This document shows, piece by piece, positions 9,166-19,480 of a stretch of 46,719 nt of DNA. Position 1 is the stretch's first letter. Each line of letters begins with the position of its first letter. The translations under genes and the position numbers were made by a program. This DNA comes from Candidatus Limnocylindrales bacterium (GTDB taxonomy: Bacteria; Moduliflexota; Moduliflexia; Moduliflexales; JAUQPW01), in the NCBI GenBank assembly GCA_035559535.1, contig DATMBG010000040.1, forward strand, positions 124,001 to 170,719, written 5' to 3'. The notes below the pieces were generated by a model. The model did not search any database. It saw only the letters and a program-made list of their open reading frames with translations, and was not told the DNA's origin.

Positions 9166-10800
9166 GTGGCTATGAAATCATCTGGAAGAACCTTTATATT
9201 TTTAACTTCTATTTTTTTGTTTACTTTTTTTAGCTCATTTTGGATGTATGGCATGATTAACTTCTCATCCAGTAACCTCTTCCTGGCCGTTTTTTGGATG
9301 TCAGGCTTTGTGATTTTAACCTTCAATGTGGGCTATATGTTCATAAGCTCCCTGGTATCTTTTCTCCTGAAAGAAGATCGTCTAAAGGAAAAGGATCTCT
9401 GGATCCTTCCCCCTACGGCGATTGTGTATGTTGTCCGAAATGAGGAGGAAGAGGTTTTACTGAACAGTATGTATGGTTCCTTTCGAGATAATTTTCGAGA
9501 GCAGGTAGACTTGTGGCTGCTCAGTAATTCGGACTTGGAAGAATACATAGACGGTGAAAAAAGGGTCATTTCTACCCTGAGGAAGTATTTTGGTGAGAAC
9601 CGGGTCAGATATTTCCAGACCCGAAAGAATCCCCTGAGGAGAAAACATATATGCATTCAAGAGTGGTTAGCGGCGTATCCAGAGTATAAATACTTTCTGG
9701 TCTGTGATGCAGACTCCAGGCTTTCTTCAGACTCCCTGCTCCGGCTTGTCCAAAAAGCCGAGCATCCCGAAAATAGAGATGTGGTAGTCTTTCAATCTCA
9801 GATAAACATCCAGGGAGCCACAACTTATTTTGCGAAGTTTTTAGGATATGGTCAGGATATCTGTCAGAGGATTTATGCAAGGGCCAGCCAGAAGGTATTT
9901 CGAAGAGGTGTCTCCTATGGGAGCGGTTGCCTTATAAGATGTAGAGAGTTTAGCGAAATTGGGGTCCCCGATTGGGTCTTGAGTCATGACATCTGGGACA
10001 CGGTACTCTTAGAAGAAAAAAAATACCGGGTAGTATTTTGTGGAGATGTCAAGACCTTCGGGAAGTTTCCAAGCAATTATGTGGAGTGTTTGAAGAGGAA
10101 TCGAAGATGGATTATGGGTACGTTGGAGAGCCTTGGAATTATTCTACGAAAGAAAATTTCCACAGGTACCAGATTCATGGCCCTTTATCCCATCTATATT
10201 TATCTTTCTCAGCCGATTTTCCTTCTCTGGATTATAGCCGGATTCTTCCTGGACTCGAAGTTATGGGACACCCTCTTTACAGTCCAAAGATATGCCTTGC
10301 TGGGAGCTAACTATATGGATTTGGAGATGGGTTCCCATCTGTTTATGACCCTCTTCATTATTACCGGTCATCGATTTATCAAATGTAAAAATATCAAGGA
10401 GATGGGAATGGTCTTCCTTGAATTAACGATCTCCTTACTCATCTGTCTGAATAGTATCTTTTTTGATTCCCTAGTAGTTTTTGAATGGCTTCTTAAAGGG
10501 AAAAAAGGGATGTCCTGGGTTCCCATGAAAAAAAAGGACGATCAACCTATTCTCTTCTCTATCGTTGCTCGAAAGTTGTGGCCTACGACCCTACTTGGAA
10601 TCGCAGGCCTTATCCTGGGTTCTATTTATTCTCCCGTATGGGTTACGGTCGTGATACCCTTTCTCTGCAGTTTTATCTTGGGTATTCCGGTAACCTACTT
10701 AACTGGAAGACCCATCAAAGGTACTACCAGGGTTGAGGACCAAAGGTATCTTCAAATCCCACCCGACTTAAGTTCGATAACGGTAAGTTCTTCCGGCTAA
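9166..10800 (+). CDS. OpgH/MdoH-like GT2 glucan glucosyltransferase
   Basis: Motifs collinear with OpgH: TAIVYVVRNEE, LLSNSD, RRK..I, CDADS, LSHDIWD, PSNY...RNRRWIMG; two N-terminal and several C-terminal TMs; GGAG 5 nt before GTG. Confidence 0.8.
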   Translation: MAMKSSGRTFIFLTSIFLFTFFSSFWMYGMINFSSSNLFLAVFWMSGFVILTFNVGYMFISSLVSFLLKEDRLKEKDLWILPPTAIVYVVRNEEEEVLLNSMYGSFRDNFREQVDLWLLSNSDLEEYIDGEKRVISTLRKYFGENRVRYFQTRKNPLRRKHICIQEWLAAYPEYKYFLVCDADSRLSSDSLLRLVQKAEHPENRDVVVFQSQINIQGATTYFAKFLGYGQDICQRIYARASQKVFRRGVSYGSGCLIRCREFSEIGVPDWVLSHDIWDTVLLEEKKYRVVFCGDVKTFGKFPSNYVECLKRNRRWIMGTLESLGIILRKKISTGTRFMALYPIYIYLSQPIFLLWIIAGFFLDSKLWDTLFTVQRYALLGANYMDLEMGSHLFMTLFIITGHRFIKCKNIKEMGMVFLELTISLLICLNSIFFDSLVVFEWLLKGKKGMSWVPMKKKDDQPILFSIVARKLWPTTLLGIAGLILGSIYSPVWVTVVIPFLCSFILGIPVTYLTGRPIKGTTRVEDQRYLQIPPDLSSITVSSSG

Positions 10801-13222
10801 TTTCATGGTTGATGGGTTCTAAGGGCTCTGGATAGGCATAACGAAGGATACGCTCAACAGCTTCCCTGTAGCCCGGTACCTGATAAGTAAAGTGGAGGAA
10901 TGTCCGGCCACACTTAAGCCTTTGGAGTCCCTCGTAGATAGGTAAAACCGTATAGGCCTGGCTCAACGTTTCAAAGATGTAGCGTCCATCATCTGCACCT
11001 TTGTAATTCGAGTCATTCAGATAGGGACTTGCAACCACTTCGAATCCGTAGGGATCTTGACTGAAGTTGGGGTGCCAGTAGCCTTGAGAGTCGTTTTTAA
11101 GGAGCAAGATTTTCTCAAAATAAGCCTGTACCAGGCTATCCTCCAAAACATCCAGAGCTCCCATCCATACAAACAACCCATGGGGGGCAATGTGGTGGGG
11201 GGGATTCGTTTCAACAGTATTGGGAATGTTCGGTGGAGTGTATCGGCGGCCCAGAATATCCCCCTGGTGGGTTTGGGACATGGGATCTGAAAAACCGACT
11301 TGATCCAGATTGAGAAAGCGGGCATAAGCCAGATGGGAGCGGGCCGCCGGTAAAAAGGAGTACAGACCATACTGGCGTTCCCTGGGATCTCCAAACATGG
11401 GAAAGCCAGCCATGATCCGTTCAGCCCAGGTAAAGGCCGCATTAAACCAGGTACTCTCCTGGGTTGTAATGTCCTTCCAGGTTGCAGCCGGACGCATCTG
11501 GGTATCGAGAACCTTTGTAAACTCCGACCAGCTCAGACTCCCGGAAAGATAAGCGACGATTCCTACAATGCCCCCTTCATCGGCCCAGATAATCCATCGA
11601 TGGGGACTCAGCCTGCCGGTCTTTGCGTTAACCAACATGGAAAGATAATGACGCCCGCTCTCCTGGGTATAAGCAACCCGGAAATTGAGGGCCTTCTTCA
11701 GCCTGGCAACTTTATCGACAATGGCCATATAGCCTTTCTCCAGCAACCATCCGTGAACCACGTTAAGGCTGCTCCAAAAGAGAGCACAATCCCCCACTGG
11801 CAGTTCTTCATATTTGTCACGGTAGGGAAACTCCACATCACTCCCATCCGGTAAGGGCTTTACCAGCGTGTAGTAGGGGTAAAACAGCCCATACTTGAAC
11901 TGATGGGGGTCCCTTTGCAGTGTCAGCAGAGTATCCATACTCCTGTCGATCTTTGTCACGGCCTCTGCCTCTGAGATCTTTCCGATTTCAGAGGCCACGA
12001 TCCAGGCCTGCAAAGTATACCCCCACTCCACAGGATTGGTATAACCGAATCGGGCCCGGTCGGTAACCTTCCAGGCACTCACAGGTAAACCGCTTTGATG
12101 GATGACCCGGGGGCTGAGGAAATAATTGAGGGTCGTGTCCATGATTTCCCTCAACAAGTTTTTGACCACCTCCGGCTGATCTGTACGCTCCATCAGGGCA
12201 ATCCGGTCCCAGGTGACCGTTGTAGTACCGCTGGATCCCGACCCGGCATGTAAACGCCATTTGTTGAGACCTTCCTTCAAGACATCTGCAGGAACTTCTA
12301 TAACCCCCGGCTGACTACGGCTCAAGGCTACCGTGCCGATCCGGTCCCATCGGGATCCCTCCCAACGCTCTAAACCCACATCCAAAGTGCCCTGCCCATC
12401 ACTCCAGGCCACACTTAAATTCAATTGATGGGGTCTCTGGCTTTCTTCCCCAGTCAATAAAAAGAGAAGGTATTGATCCGGGTACCAGGTGTTGTTAATT
12501 TCCTTGGGGAAATCTCCATCACCTGCCAGGTCTACATTGATCACCAGATCATAGTCCTTTTGCTTGAACTCCTTCTCACTTCCGTCCTTGATCCCAAACG
12601 CCCAGGTAGGTTTTTGCGCCTGGGTCTGGAATTTAATCTGATCCCAGGTTACCGCGGTGGTTCCCCCCGTCCCAGAGTAGGCAACCAGCCGGATAAGGTT
12701 CTCACCAACCTTGAGAAAAGCCGGATGAAGGTAAATATACCCAGCATCGTGCATGCTGCAGGGAGTACGACCTACTTCTAACCATTTATGACCTACCCAT
12801 ATCTCTACCCCTACGTAGAGAACCCCTGAACCATTGCTCCAAACAGGCTCCAGGGTCAGGGTCAGTCCCTTATCCGCTTCGGCCCTGCTCAAATCAAAAT
12901 AGAGATATTCCATGGAATACCGTAGAATATTTAATTCCTTAGGAAACCTGGAAACCGGATCTTTCCCAACATGGAAGTAGAGGTTAGAACCAGGTGGAGC
13001 AAATTCCCGATCACTTTGATCCTTTGTACCGATAACAAAAAGGGTTTTGACAGAACCTTCCAAAGTTTCCCTGTCTTCCTGGATATCCTTAATACCAGCC
13101 TGGAAAGATAGGTCCAGAAAGTCTATCCCCTTACAAGATGAAAAAGTACCGATCCCCAAAACTAAAATACCGGCGCATAGAGTTTTGAATTTGAACCTGA
13201 ACAACGTTTGATTAAACGACAT
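10724..13222 (-). CDS. Predicted lipoprotein: two tandem CBM-like (PL4 domain III-like) domains plus a glucoamylase-like / beta-1,2-glucanase-clan domain
   Basis: Signal peptide ending FSSC (Cys30), AGGAGG RBS, internal repeat at aa ~61-199 and ~207-344. YTNPVEWGYTLQAWIVASEIGKIS...TLLTLQ...GLFYPYY resembles the TSPTNIG...GHFYNWY segment of the GH189 domain of cyclic beta-1,2-glucan synthase. Confidence 0.6.
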   Translation of the reverse strand: MSFNQTLFRFKFKTLCAGILVLGIGTFSSCKGIDFLDLSFQAGIKDIQEDRETLEGSVKTLFVIGTKDQSDREFAPPGSNLYFHVGKDPVSRFPKELNILRYSMEYLYFDLSRAEADKGLTLTLEPVWSNGSGVLYVGVEIWVGHKWLEVGRTPCSMHDAGYIYLHPAFLKVGENLIRLVAYSGTGGTTAVTWDQIKFQTQAQKPTWAFGIKDGSEKEFKQKDYDLVINVDLAGDGDFPKEINNTWYPDQYLLFLLTGEESQRPHQLNLSVAWSDGQGTLDVGLERWEGSRWDRIGTVALSRSQPGVIEVPADVLKEGLNKWRLHAGSGSSGTTTVTWDRIALMERTDQPEVVKNLLREIMDTTLNYFLSPRVIHQSGLPVSAWKVTDRARFGYTNPVEWGYTLQAWIVASEIGKISEAEAVTKIDRSMDTLLTLQRDPHQFKYGLFYPYYTLVKPLPDGSDVEFPYRDKYEELPVGDCALFWSSLNVVHGWLLEKGYMAIVDKVARLKKALNFRVAYTQESGRHYLSMLVNAKTGRLSPHRWIIWADEGGIVGIVAYLSGSLSWSEFTKVLDTQMRPAATWKDITTQESTWFNAAFTWAERIMAGFPMFGDPRERQYGLYSFLPAARSHLAYARFLNLDQVGFSDPMSQTHQGDILGRRYTPPNIPNTVETNPPHHIAPHGLFVWMGALDVLEDSLVQAYFEKILLLKNDSQGYWHPNFSQDPYGFEVVASPYLNDSNYKGADDGRYIFETLSQAYTVLPIYEGLQRLKCGRTFLHFTYQVPGYREAVERILRYAYPEPLEPINHEISRKNLPLSNLSRVGFEDTFGPQPW

Positions 13223-13316
13223 ATAACTTCCTCCTGTTGAAATATGAATTTCTGACTGGAATTTATAAAAACTGACTGTTAATGAGATATTTTACTGCAA
13301 AATATAATCTTACTCT

Positions 13317-15821
13317 TTATCCCTGTCCAAACGTTTTCACCTTAACCCCTACGCCATGGGTCTGGATCTGTACGGCGCCATCTGCATCGGTTCGATATAC
13401 TTTAATCCCTGCTTTCCGGTATCTTTCCAGAATCAAGGGGGAGAAACTCTCAAAACGGCTATACTTTCCTGAAGATATGACCGCTATAGAAGGTTGAAGG
13501 GCTTCTAAAAATTCCTGACTGCTGGAGGTGGCACTACCATGGTGCGGAGCCTTCAGGATGGTACAGGGTTCCAGGTTCCCACTCTGAAGGAGAAATTCCT
13601 CGGCTTCTTGTTGGATGTCTCCCGGAAACAGAAAACATATCTTTCCATACGTTACCCTCAAGACCAGGGAATGGTTATTGGTCAAGTGATCGGACGTATG
13701 GACAGTCCCCTGGAGATAAGTTGGAGAAGGATGGAGGATCTGGACGTCTACCTCACCAAACTTCTGCCGATGACCCTGTTGAACCTTAAGAAGGGGGATT
13801 CCCTTCGTCATTGCAGTCCGGAGTAATTCTTTATACAAGGGATTTCGAGATTCCCAGGGCGAGATCCACAGGGCTCCTATGTCAAATTTTTCTATGAGAT
13901 ATCGAAAACCCTGGAAGTGATCGGCATGGGCGTGGGAGATAACCAGAACATCTACCCGGGAGATCCCTTGATGCCACAGGTAAGGAGCCAGGATACTTCG
14001 ACCCACATCGAACCGACTCCCATAGGAAGAACCCCCCCCATCCACAAGGATCGTAGAACCTTTTGGAAGCTCCAGAACGGTACTATCCCCCTGTCCCACA
14101 TCCAGGAAGGTAACTCGAAGGGGGGTTGGAATGATCCAAAGGATAAGGGTGTAGATAGAAAAGATGAGCAGGACTGTTCCCAATGCAAAGATCATCCTTT
14201 GACCGGCAGGTCGTTTAAATCCCTTGAAAATCCCAAACACAAGAAGATAACTTAACAGGAGAGGGATTAAGAATCTTGTGGAGACGGGAATTTCCGAATA
14301 AGGAAGATGTGCGATGAAGTTAGAAAGATCCATAAATCCTCTGACTAAAATTAAGTCCAACTGGAGGAAGAACTGGGCCAGGGCAGGTACAAAGAAATTC
14401 ATTCCGCAGGCCAGAATTCCCAGGGGAAGAATCACCCCGGAGAGGGGTAAAGCCGGGATATTGGCTAAAAGTCCATAGGGGTAGAGGTGATTAAAGTAGT
14501 AAATAATCAAAGGGGCGGTACTCAACTCTGCAAAGGCGGTTGAAAGGAGAATTCCTACAAAGAATACCCGGACTTTTCCCCCTAGGTTTTCTTTTTTTAG
14601 GGATATCAGCCGATAGGCATACAAAATCGCCGTGGTAGCCACCATGGTTAATTGGAAGCTTGCCTCGAATAAGCTGACAGGATCTATAAGTAAAAGAAGC
14701 AGGGCGGAGACGGCCAGACTATAAAAAGGATCTGCGTTTCGATCAAACAAGGTGGCCAGAAGGAAAATGGAAGTCATCAGAGAAGCGCGAATCATGGGAG
14801 GTTCGAACCCAGCCAGGAAGGCATATACAAAAACCGCCCCTATCACTCCAAGGAGAAGGGGTCGGGAAAGGATTCTGAATAATTTAAATACTATAAATAA
14901 GAACCCTGCAAGAATTCCGATATTTCCCCCGGAGACCACCAACAAATGATAGAGTCCGGACAATCTGAAATTTTCCTGGAGTTCCGGAGTTAGAGAAGTT
15001 TTACTCCCCAGAATCATAGCCTGGAGAATGCCCCGTTCATCTTCCGATGGGGATTTTTTTTCAAGGGGATCTTGATCCTCTTCTCCGGCTTCCTGTTCAA
15101 GGGGGTCTTCAACCCCCTCAGGAAAACGGGTTTCAGATCCTATGTCAGAGGAAGGGTTCAGAAAATTCATCATCTGCTCCCGAACATGGAATATCCTGCG
15201 TAATAGAGAAAATCCGCTTCCGGTTTCTAACCGTCGAAGCAGATAGGGGGAGTAGTGACTCAGGGAACCCGTTAAATAAATCCCCTGGCGGGCAAGATAG
15301 GCTTTGTAGGCAAAGGCCCCAGGGTTTTGATAATTCACAGGAATATGGAGTCGGATGCGAACCCTCAGGCGATCCCCATATTGAAAATCGGGAATATCGT
15401 GAAGAGTGGGCACTTTATGGACGGTAATTCGGATCTTACCCGTTACAGCCTGTCGGGACACCCCTTCTTCCAGGATTTCAGTCTCCAAATAAAGGCGGTC
15501 CCGGTCCGGAAACCTCTCCCGGGGTTGATACAGTCGGCCCTCCAGGGTGACTAGTTGATGATTTTGAATCAGGTGAATCAGGTGATTGGCCGGGAGTTTC
15601 TGAGAAAGGGCATATCGAGAAATTCCCAAAACCATGAACGCCAGCAACAGAGTGACCGTGGCAGGCCGGTATCTTCGGATATAAAGAAACCCACCCGAAA
15701 TAAGAGCCAGCAGCAGAAGGACCCAGGGAATATAAAGAAAGAGTCGGGGAAAGGGGAAATAATGGGCTGCAACCAGCCCCAGGGCATAACAGATCAGAAG
15801 AGGATAAATGGGGCGTTTCAT
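13317..15821 (-). CDS. comEC: DNA internalization competence protein ComEC/Rec2
   Basis: DUF4131-like N-terminus (NPGAFAY..YL), competence domain (GLYHLLVVSGGNI, SFQLT), metallo-beta-lactamase domain (FLDVGQGD, SHAHADH, KAPHHGS, RTD..G). Confidence 0.95.
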   Translation of the reverse strand: MKRPIYPLLICYALGLVAAHYFPFPRLFLYIPWVLLLLALISGGFLYIRRYRPATVTLLLAFMVLGISRYALSQKLPANHLIHLIQNHQLVTLEGRLYQPRERFPDRDRLYLETEILEEGVSRQAVTGKIRITVHKVPTLHDIPDFQYGDRLRVRIRLHIPVNYQNPGAFAYKAYLARQGIYLTGSLSHYSPYLLRRLETGSGFSLLRRIFHVREQMMNFLNPSSDIGSETRFPEGVEDPLEQEAGEEDQDPLEKKSPSEDERGILQAMILGSKTSLTPELQENFRLSGLYHLLVVSGGNIGILAGFLFIVFKLFRILSRPLLLGVIGAVFVYAFLAGFEPPMIRASLMTSIFLLATLFDRNADPFYSLAVSALLLLLIDPVSLFEASFQLTMVATTAILYAYRLISLKKENLGGKVRVFFVGILLSTAFAELSTAPLIIYYFNHLYPYGLLANIPALPLSGVILPLGILACGMNFFVPALAQFFLQLDLILVRGFMDLSNFIAHLPYSEIPVSTRFLIPLLLSYLLVFGIFKGFKRPAGQRMIFALGTVLLIFSIYTLILWIIPTPLRVTFLDVGQGDSTVLELPKGSTILVDGGGSSYGSRFDVGRSILAPYLWHQGISRVDVLVISHAHADHFQGFRYLIEKFDIGALWISPWESRNPLYKELLRTAMTKGIPLLKVQQGHRQKFGEVDVQILHPSPTYLQGTVHTSDHLTNNHSLVLRVTYGKICFLFPGDIQQEAEEFLLQSGNLEPCTILKAPHHGSATSSSQEFLEALQPSIAVISSGKYSRFESFSPLILERYRKAGIKVYRTDADGAVQIQTHGVGVKVKTFGQG

Positions 15822-16165
15822 GGGGCAACCAGGTAGACCCTTAGTTTCTCGAATTTATATTCGTTGATACCCGGAATGTTTTTCAGTTCGTGGATATTTT
15901 TGAATCCGCCCTGTCGCTCCCGATATTCCAGAATTCTGGTAGCGTAACCTGGGCCGATAAAAGGAAGGAGTTGCAGGTCGTAGAAATCGGCCGTATTTAA
16001 ATCCAGGGGAGTTTCAGGAAGAAATGGGGATTCCGAGGTAGAGGGGGCAGAACCGGAGGTTAAAGGAGTTTCGGTTGACCCTCCGGCGAAAAAGAGACCG
16101 ATCAGATAGGTGAAGAGAATCAGGAGAAGGAGGGTTGCCTGGGAAGGGGAGAAAGAGCTCTTCAT
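15818..16165 (-). CDS. comEA: ComEA-family helix-hairpin-helix DNA-binding protein
   Basis: N-terminal TM, LDLNTA...LPFIGPGYA.RILEYR..GGFK...L..IPGI; 4-bp overlap with comEC. Confidence 0.88.
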   Translation of the reverse strand: MKSSFSPSQATLLLLILFTYLIGLFFAGGSTETPLTSGSAPSTSESPFLPETPLDLNTADFYDLQLLPFIGPGYATRILEYRERQGGFKNIHELKNIPGINEYKFEKLRVYLVAP

Positions 16166-16239
16166 AGTTTCGGGGGGATCGTACGACCCTGACCATTTCC
16201 TCCAACAAAGCAGGACTAAGGTTGTTACGACCCATTCAT

Positions 16240-18807
16240 TTATTCCAATTTGATTTTCCTGAGTCTCAGAGAATTACTTACAACCGAAACCGAACTAAAG
16301 GCCATAGCCGCAGCAGCAAAGATAGGCTTGAGTAAGATTCCGAAAAATGGGTACAAAACCCCAGCGGCAATGGGAATTCCGATTACATTGTAGAAGAAGG
16401 CCCAGAAGAGGTTCTGTTTAATGATTTGCATGGTTTTTTTGCTCAGTCGGATAGCCACAAGTACGCCTTTGAGATCATCCCGAATCAGGGTAATATCTGA
16501 GGCTTCCATAGCGATATCTGTTCCTGTACCGATGGCAATTCCCACATCTGCTTGAGCCAGAGCCGGTGCGTCATTAATTCCATCACCGACCATGGCCACC
16601 CGCTTCCCCTGGTTTTGAAGTTTTTTAATCTCCAGGGTTTTATCTTGAGGGAGTACTTCGGCCAGAACCCGCTTAATCCCCAATTGATGAGCGATGGCTT
16701 CTGCAGTTCGGTGATCATCTCCTGTCATCAGGATAACTTCCAGTCCCAGGTTTTGGAGCTCTCGAACTACCTCAGGGGCTGAAGGTTTCAGCGTATCGGC
16801 AACGGCTATGAGTCCGGCCGACTTTCCATCTATCGCCACGAAAACAGGAGTTTTACCCTGATCGGAAAGTTTTTCCGCTTCCTGGACTAAGCTGGTAATT
16901 TCGATGGAGATCTTTTCGATGGCACGGTATCGGGATATTTCCTTCCCGGCTTCTGGAAAAAGGGTGGTAACCTCAACCCCTGCCTGGGTCATTAATCTTG
17001 GATTCCCCAAAAGAAGGGTTTTTCCCTCTACTTTTGCCCGGATACCCTGTCCGGGGATGGCTTCGAACTCTTCGGCCTCGGAGAGATGTAAACCTAAATC
17101 TTTTGCTTTATTCACCAGGGCTTCTCCCAGGGGATGCTCAGAACTCTTTTCGGCAGAGGCAGCCAGTCGAAGTAATTCATATTCAGAAAAGGTTCCTGTT
17201 GTGATAATATCTGTTACCATCGGTTTTCCCTGGGTTAACGTTCCCGTTTTATCGAAGATCAGGGTATCGATTTTATAGACCATTTCTAAACTTTCTCCCC
17301 CCTTGATGAGAACCCCGTGTTCGGCCCCCTTTCCGATACCGACCATAATCGCAGTTGGAGTCGCCAATCCCAAAGAGCAAGGGCAGGCAATGATTAGAAC
17401 TGCCACAAAGTTGAGCATGGAGAGGGTCAGGGAATGCCCGGTAAAATACCATACAAAAAAGGTTAAGAAGGCTATTCCGATAACTAGGGGGACAAAGACC
17501 GCGGCGACCCGATCTGCCAGGTATTGAACAGGAGCTTTTGAACCCTGGGCCTCTTCTACCAACCGGATAATCTGAGCCAGAACCGTATCCTTCCCCACTT
17601 TGGTAGCCTGAAATTTAAAGGTTCCCGTCTTATTTAGGGTTGCCCCAATCACCTCATCCCCCACCCCCTTGAGAACCGGGATACTTTCTCCGGTTAACAT
17701 GGACTCATCCACCACCGAACGGCCTTCGATAACTTTACCATCCACCGGAATTTTCTCCCCAGGTCGAACCACAATCACATCTCCAACCCGGACTTCTTCC
17801 ACGGGAATGTCCAACTCTAGGCCATTTCGAATCACCCGGGCTGTCTTTGCCTGTAACCCCACGAGTTTCCTGATAGCTTCGGAAGTTCGCCCCCGGGCTT
17901 TGGCTTCCAAAAATCTCCCTAGCAGGATTAAGGCAATAATCATGGCAGCCGTATCATAGTAAATCTCTAAATCCAGATGAGCCCGAATAAAAACCGAAGG
18001 AAAGAAGGTAGGAAATAAGCTGTAGAAATAAGCAGCGGAAGTTCCCACGGCAACCAGCACGTTCATATCTGCCGTTTTGTGCTTCAGGGCGGCATAGGCT
18101 CCCCGATAAAATGGCCAGCCCCCCCAGAACTGGACAGGAGTCGTCAGAACAAAGAGGATAAAATAGAGGGTTTGCATGGGAATTTCCCTCAGACCCGGAA
18201 TATGTTGATACATACTTCCAACCATCACCAAAACGGCCAGCGCGAGACTGAAGATAAATCGGGTCTTGAGGCGGGTAAGAGCCCTTTCCTTCTCAACCTG
18301 ATCTTCTTCTAAAACATCTTTACCCTTCCCTTCCTCCTGTAAAAATTTTATCTGGGAGACCTCACCGGGACTTCCTTCTGGAACCTCGTAACCCACTTCC
18401 CGGATGGCCTGCTTAAGGTCGCCAGGAGTAACCTGGGAAGGGAGATATTCCACCGTGGCCTTTTCCGAGGCCAGATTAACATTAGCCTGAATGACCCCTT
18501 CTACCCTTTGGAGGGCTTTTTCAATTCGAGCTACGCAGGAAGCACACGTCATTCCCTGGATGGGAATGATAATCTTCTCGGTTTTAACCGTATAACCCAG
18601 GTCGGTAACGGTATTGATTAAGGTAGAAACAAAGCCGGATCCGGTCGGTACCGAGTCTGGATCATATTCTATGGTGGCCCGTTCGGTAGCCAGATTGACG
18701 TTTACCCGTGTAACTCCCGGAACCTGAGCCAACCCCTTCTCTATTCGATTTACACAAGATGCACAACTCATTCCCTCAATGGATAAATCTATTTTTTTAG
18801 TTACCAT
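16240..18807 (-). CDS. copA: Cu(I)-translocating P1B-type ATPase
   Basis: Two GMxCASC HMA domains, [27 protein letters not shown]..., MAFSS. Confidence 0.96.
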   Translation of the reverse strand: MVTKKIDLSIEGMSCASCVNRIEKGLAQVPGVTRVNVNLATERATIEYDPDSVPTGSGFVSTLINTVTDLGYTVKTEKIIIPIQGMTCASCVARIEKALQRVEGVIQANVNLASEKATVEYLPSQVTPGDLKQAIREVGYEVPEGSPGEVSQIKFLQEEGKGKDVLEEDQVEKERALTRLKTRFIFSLALAVLVMVGSMYQHIPGLREIPMQTLYFILFVLTTPVQFWGGWPFYRGAYAALKHKTADMNVLVAVGTSAAYFYSLFPTFFPSVFIRAHLDLEIYYDTAAMIIALILLGRFLEAKARGRTSEAIRKLVGLQAKTARVIRNGLELDIPVEEVRVGDVIVVRPGEKIPVDGKVIEGRSVVDESMLTGESIPVLKGVGDEVIGATLNKTGTFKFQATKVGKDTVLAQIIRLVEEAQGSKAPVQYLADRVAAVFVPLVIGIAFLTFFVWYFTGHSLTLSMLNFVAVLIIACPCSLGLATPTAIMVGIGKGAEHGVLIKGGESLEMVYKIDTLIFDKTGTLTQGKPMVTDIITTGTFSEYELLRLAASAEKSSEHPLGEALVNKAKDLGLHLSEAEEFEAIPGQGIRAKVEGKTLLLGNPRLMTQAGVEVTTLFPEAGKEISRYRAIEKISIEITSLVQEAEKLSDQGKTPVFVAIDGKSAGLIAVADTLKPSAPEVVRELQNLGLEVILMTGDDHRTAEAIAHQLGIKRVLAEVLPQDKTLEIKKLQNQGKRVAMVGDGINDAPALAQADVGIAIGTGTDIAMEASDITLIRDDLKGVLVAIRLSKKTMQIIKQNLFWAFFYNVIGIPIAAGVLYPFFGILLKPIFAAAAMAFSSVSVVSNSLRLRKIKLE

Positions 18808-18974
18808 ACCTTCCTGCTAATCCTGTTAAATGCCATGAAACCCTTAAGTCGATTTTAAGGAGACCCCGGAAATCCGGTGGCAAAAATTTAAGAATTTTGA
18901 ACCCTTCTCTTCCCATCTCCGTTAGCTTTGGATCCTGATCGCTCAAAGGTTTTAGGCCATTTAACACAATCCGA

Positions 18975-19256
18975 TTAGTATCTCCTGAACTTTGATAAAA
19001 TATCCATGATCTCGTTTATTTTTTCTTGTTTTTCGCGTTCCGACCCGAATTGCATCGCTTCGGCTACACACGTTTCCAGATGCTTTTCCATGATCACGTC
19101 TTCAACTCCTTTTAAGGCTGCAACCACAGAAGTTAATTGCGTCAGTATTTCGATACAGTAACGATCCTCCTCTATCATCTTTTGAATCCCACGAATCTGC
19201 CCCTCAATTCGTTTGAGACGATCCAGGATGGATTTAGGTGAGCTTTTTACTTGCAT
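18975..19256 (-). CDS. csoR: CsoR-family metal-sensitive repressor
   Basis: RLKRIEGQIRGIQKMIEEDRYC..ILTQ...HLETCV (Cys-His-Cys Cu ligands); directly upstream of copA. Confidence 0.92.
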   Translation of the reverse strand: MQVKSSPKSILDRLKRIEGQIRGIQKMIEEDRYCIEILTQLTSVVAALKGVEDVIMEKHLETCVAEAMQFGSEREKQEKINEIMDILSKFRRY

Positions 19257-19396
19257 AGTTTTTTGATTCCTTGATAAAATTAATTAAAAATCAAAACCTC
19301 GAATCGGTGATTTTTTAATATCTAAACCCGTAATGGGTCTGGCGGACGATCTGTTTATTCTAAAAAACCACATTTCAGAATCCCTTGATAAGATAT

Positions 19397-19424
19397 AAGG
19401 TACCCCCCTACCCTATTTTGTCAA
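19397..19424 (-). promoter_or_regulatory. csoR-copA promoter with CsoR-type G/C-tract operator
   Basis: Minus strand TTGACA-aaatagggtagggggg-TACCTT; the spacer resembles TACC/GGGGGTA-type CsoR operators. Confidence 0.65.
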
Positions 19425-19480
19425 GAGGGTTAACCGGTAGGTAAAGAACAACCCTTTACCGTCCAAGGAGAGGGGTCATC

